A stretch of DNA of 64,000 bases. Source: Azolla caroliniana. Its lineage: Eukaryota; Plantae; Polypodiophyta. This document shows, piece after piece, positions 61,008-64,000 of this stretch. Both the position numbers and the translations under genes were made by a program. The first letter of the stretch is position 1, and each line of letters starts with the position of its first letter. A model generated the notes under the pieces. That model searched no databases and had not been told where the DNA came from. It saw only the letters and a program-made list of their open reading frames with translations. The stretch lies in NCBI GenBank assembly GCA_043228905.1, contig JBHGNT010000012.1, positions 13,516,001-13,580,000 of the forward strand, written 5' to 3'.

Positions 61008-63150
61008 TTGGGATGGTCATCTGACTTCATTACCATCGCGATTTTCAGATTCTCCATTTCTTTCAGCAACTGCTCCACCGTTGTTTCATCGATTCCCTTC
61101 TCGGTTGTAGTCTCCCGAGCCCTCGGTTGATGGTCTTCCAATCCGAATCTCGGTTTCGGAATTGGTTCTAAAACCCTCTTTTCTTCGCTAGCAAGCCATT
61201 GCCCCCTCTTCGTGTATCGTGCGATGATATCCCGCACGCTTTCCCATGTTTTGGTGAGGCCACCCACTCTCATTGGTCGTGTCCTCCAAAAGCACTCCAA
61301 GATCTTTCTGGTCCCAGATGTCCATGGCTCATAGGAACATGATCACTTTGTCCGGTGCGAGGATAGCTTGATCTCTCGCAGACAACCTCCCGAACCAACT
61401 TTCGAATGACGAAAACACATCACGGACCTTCATCCCTCTTTTCTTCGCTAGCAAGCCATTGCCCCCTCTTTGTGTATCGCGCGACGATATTCCGCATGCT
61501 TTCCCATGTTTCGGTGAGGCCACTCTTAGTGGTCGTGTCCTCCAAAAGCACTCCAAGATCTTTCCGGTCCCCGATTTCCATGGCTCGTAGGAACATGATC
61601 AATTTGTCCGGTGTGAGGATAGCTTGATCTCTCACAGACAACCTCCTAAACCGATTTTCGAGTGACGAAAACACATCGAGGACCTTCATCCCTCTTTTCT
61701 TCGCTAGCAAGCCATTACCCCCTCTTCGTGTATCGCACGACGATATCCCGCACGCTTTCCCATGTTTCGGTGACGCCACTCTTAGTGGTTGTGTCCTCCA
61801 AAAGCACTCCAAGATCTTTCCGGTCCTGGATGTCCACGTAGGAACATGATCACTTTGTCCGGTGCGAGGATAACTTGATCTCTCGCAGACAACCTCCTGA
61901 ACCGATTTTCGAATGACGAAAACACATCGAGGAACTTCATCCCCTTATCCAGTTTTTCCACCCAATCTTCGAATCCCCTCCTCGTTGCCTTGGTGGAGTC
62001 CTCGATGGTGAACGTGATCTTTAACGTCTCTTCAAATGCCTACCACGTCGGATATTGCTGCCGTATGCTGTGGATACTCCCTTGAAGCTCGTCAGTCACC
62101 ACCCGATTGAAGGATGTCACTTGCAGTCCTTCTGAATCCCTCACCGTAACATTTCCGCCTTGTAATCTCGTAAATATCGCGACACGTTGTCGCGTTGTTA
62201 CGCGTGTGCGTGGAGAAAGGCGGGACCACGGGGGTCTTGGACTAGGGAGTGACGGAGCATAGGAAGTCGTACTTCACCGTTTCCGGGGCATCCCAAAAGC
62301 ACACCGGAGGCAACCGAAGGGAGAGAGAGAAAGAGAGGGAGCGCGCGCTTGACACCGACTCGCGCACGCACACGCACACACACACACACATGCTGACCTG
62401 ACTCACGCCCTTATGTACAGGCAACGCAGGAAAGGGGAAGCGCCCGACACCAATAGAGACACGAATATGCACAGACAGACGCAAATGTAAGTATTACAAG
62501 GGAAAGAATGCAACCCCGGCTTCGAGCCGGACCATGGTAGGGTAGGTTACAGCAGTAGTTTGCTGCCAAGCCGCCATCCGGGAAGCTCTCGGGCTCGTCA
62601 CGCGGAGCGGGGTCTTGCACAGGAGACCTAGTAGAGACAACCCTCAACGGTCGACTTCCCCGCCAAGAAGAAGAAGAAGAAGAAGAAGAAGAAGAAGAAG
62701 AAGAAGAAGAAGAAGAAGAACTAACTCTAAACCTAACGGTATACCCTCTAACACAAAACGGGCAACCCTTTCACAAAGGGCGCTCCCTTGCTTTTATAGA
62801 ACAAGGAGAGGGATGCGTTACAATGTGGGATAAATCTCGACTTACATGGGATCGTCTGTCCCGACTTGACTACTCTTCAGCACCATAAAGGCACCCTCGT
62901 TATTCACACTAAATGTACAAGGGTGAGCACACATGCTGCACCCCGCCGATGTAGCCAATGTTTCCCGGTTTCCGCCTCTAGCCGAAATTCTTCACGACAA
63001 CGTCTTTCCCGTTAAATTTCCTGTTCCGTTGCACGAGCCGCTCTACTGCCGCCGCAATCTCCGAGACCGCGTGTTGTTCTTGTTGCATCCGCTCAAACAT
63101 CGCCATCATGTTGTTAGTCCCCGGTTGATTTTCCATCTCCTTGCCACCCG
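61008..63150 (-). pseudogene. G gag N-terminal part with about 257-bp triplication and solo-LTR insertion
   Basis: KFNGKDV|SRYLRDYKAEM rejoined across the insertion; repeat unit seen at about 61181, 61441 and 61697. Confidence 0.85.
62188..62999 (-). mobile_element. Solo LTR related to D family, 4-bp TSD ACGT, containing (AAG)n microsatellite
   Basis: Ends match LTR D (TGTCGCGTTG..., ...TTCACGACA); ACGT at 62184..62187 and 63000..63003; AAG run about 62665..62720. Confidence 0.9.
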
Positions 63151-63413
63151 GTTTCACATCAGGTTCACCAATTGTGTCGTGCCTTTCAGCTTCGGATCGT
63201 TGTGTGAGTTGGGTGGGAACCATTGAAATTTTGGACTAGGACAAAGAAGAATAGAATATAAGGCTAGTTATGAATAGGTAGAAAGAGAAGTCAGAAATAA
63301 AACTTGTGAATCCCACGTGTTTAGTGTATTTAATCAATATTTAGATTGTAAGAAAGAGAATTTTTATGATAAACTCGTGAATCATCGAATATATTAGATT
63401 GATCAATCCTTGT

Positions 63414-64000
63414 TGTTGAGAATCAAGCTCAACTTGGTCTAGTGTGTGAACTCACCTTGAGAGTGAAGAGACACCTCAACGGTCAAGAGTCACCATTATG
63501 TCACCACTTTGTATTCTAGCATTTAGTATGAGTCATAGAATCATATTCTATGACACATAACTTATGAGCTTTCACATTCCCCATGCTCCATGAGCCTTGT
63601 AGTTAATGAAGAGAGAGGGTGACTACATAAAGCACCCTCCTCCCATCTTGTATAATGTTGAGTCTTTCTCCTTTGTTAATATACTTTTAACCTTGCGTAT
63701 TCTCTGTGTTTCACTCACTCTCTCTCTCTCTCTCTCTCTTACACACACACATAACTCACATCTCTTCCGCCTCACAAGAATCAATCTCTTGATTCTTTAC
63801 ATGGTATCAGAGAGATTTGGTAGCTTGATCTAGCCCATTCGCCTCATCGTGATCGTGTGTTGTGCTCTACGCCGACGACCAAGAACCGGCTCATAGCTAT
63901 CGTAGCTTCGCTACATAGCTCGCATTCGAAGAGAGAAGAAGAAGAAGAAGAATCGACATAATGAATATTCAAATGGGGAGCGCTCTCCCTACTGAGAAGT
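63414..64000 (+). mobile_element. E-family LTR element, 5' LTR 63414..63801 with tRNA-Met PBS; continues beyond window
   Basis: TGTTGAG...TTTACA followed directly by TGGTATCAGAG; interrupts G 5' LTR. Confidence 0.85.

Larger units (their letters stand above)
50236..63413 (-). mobile_element. Gypsy G, same lineage as element 1
   Basis: 3' LTR 50236..51117 with PPT; 5' LTR starts at 63175 and is interrupted at 63414; tRNA-Trp-type PBS 63154..63170. Confidence 0.92.

Noticed and set aside
62615-62833. Poly-arginine ORF
   Set aside because: Translation of an (AAG)n microsatellite inside a solo LTR

Overview
Eukaryotic, almost certainly land-plant nuclear DNA. A non-seed plant such as a fern is inferred from the long PLS-PPR gene and the moss/fungal-like Gypsy lineages. 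Most of the window is decayed, deeply nested transposable elements surrounding one intact gene, a 971-aa PLS-E class PPR protein (36961..39876, -). LTR pairs, PBS/PPT sites and target-site duplications resolve two nests. Left nest (preceded by a Trp-primed Gypsy inserted in a Copia): chromovirus A (7526..33970) contains chromovirus B (9550..29635), which contains Athila-like element C (10572..25205), which contains a TIR DNA transposon and a tandem non-autonomous Gypsy. Right nest: Copia remnant > chromovirus F > B-family copy > Trp-primed Gypsy G > full-length Copia H, a solo LTR and an E-family element. The main unexplained signals are: (1) element C has a second, inverted tRNA-Arg-type PBS where its polypurine tract should be; (2) a conserved slippery heptamer plus H-type pseudoknot predicts -1 frameshifting after the protease in two diverged Gypsy elements; (3) antisense tRNA-derived A/B-box modules start the LTRs of two chromovirus families, one of which looks self-primed; (4) a Copia LTR and a Gypsy LTR share a U3 repeat module. 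All calls were made by eye; lineage names are inferences.
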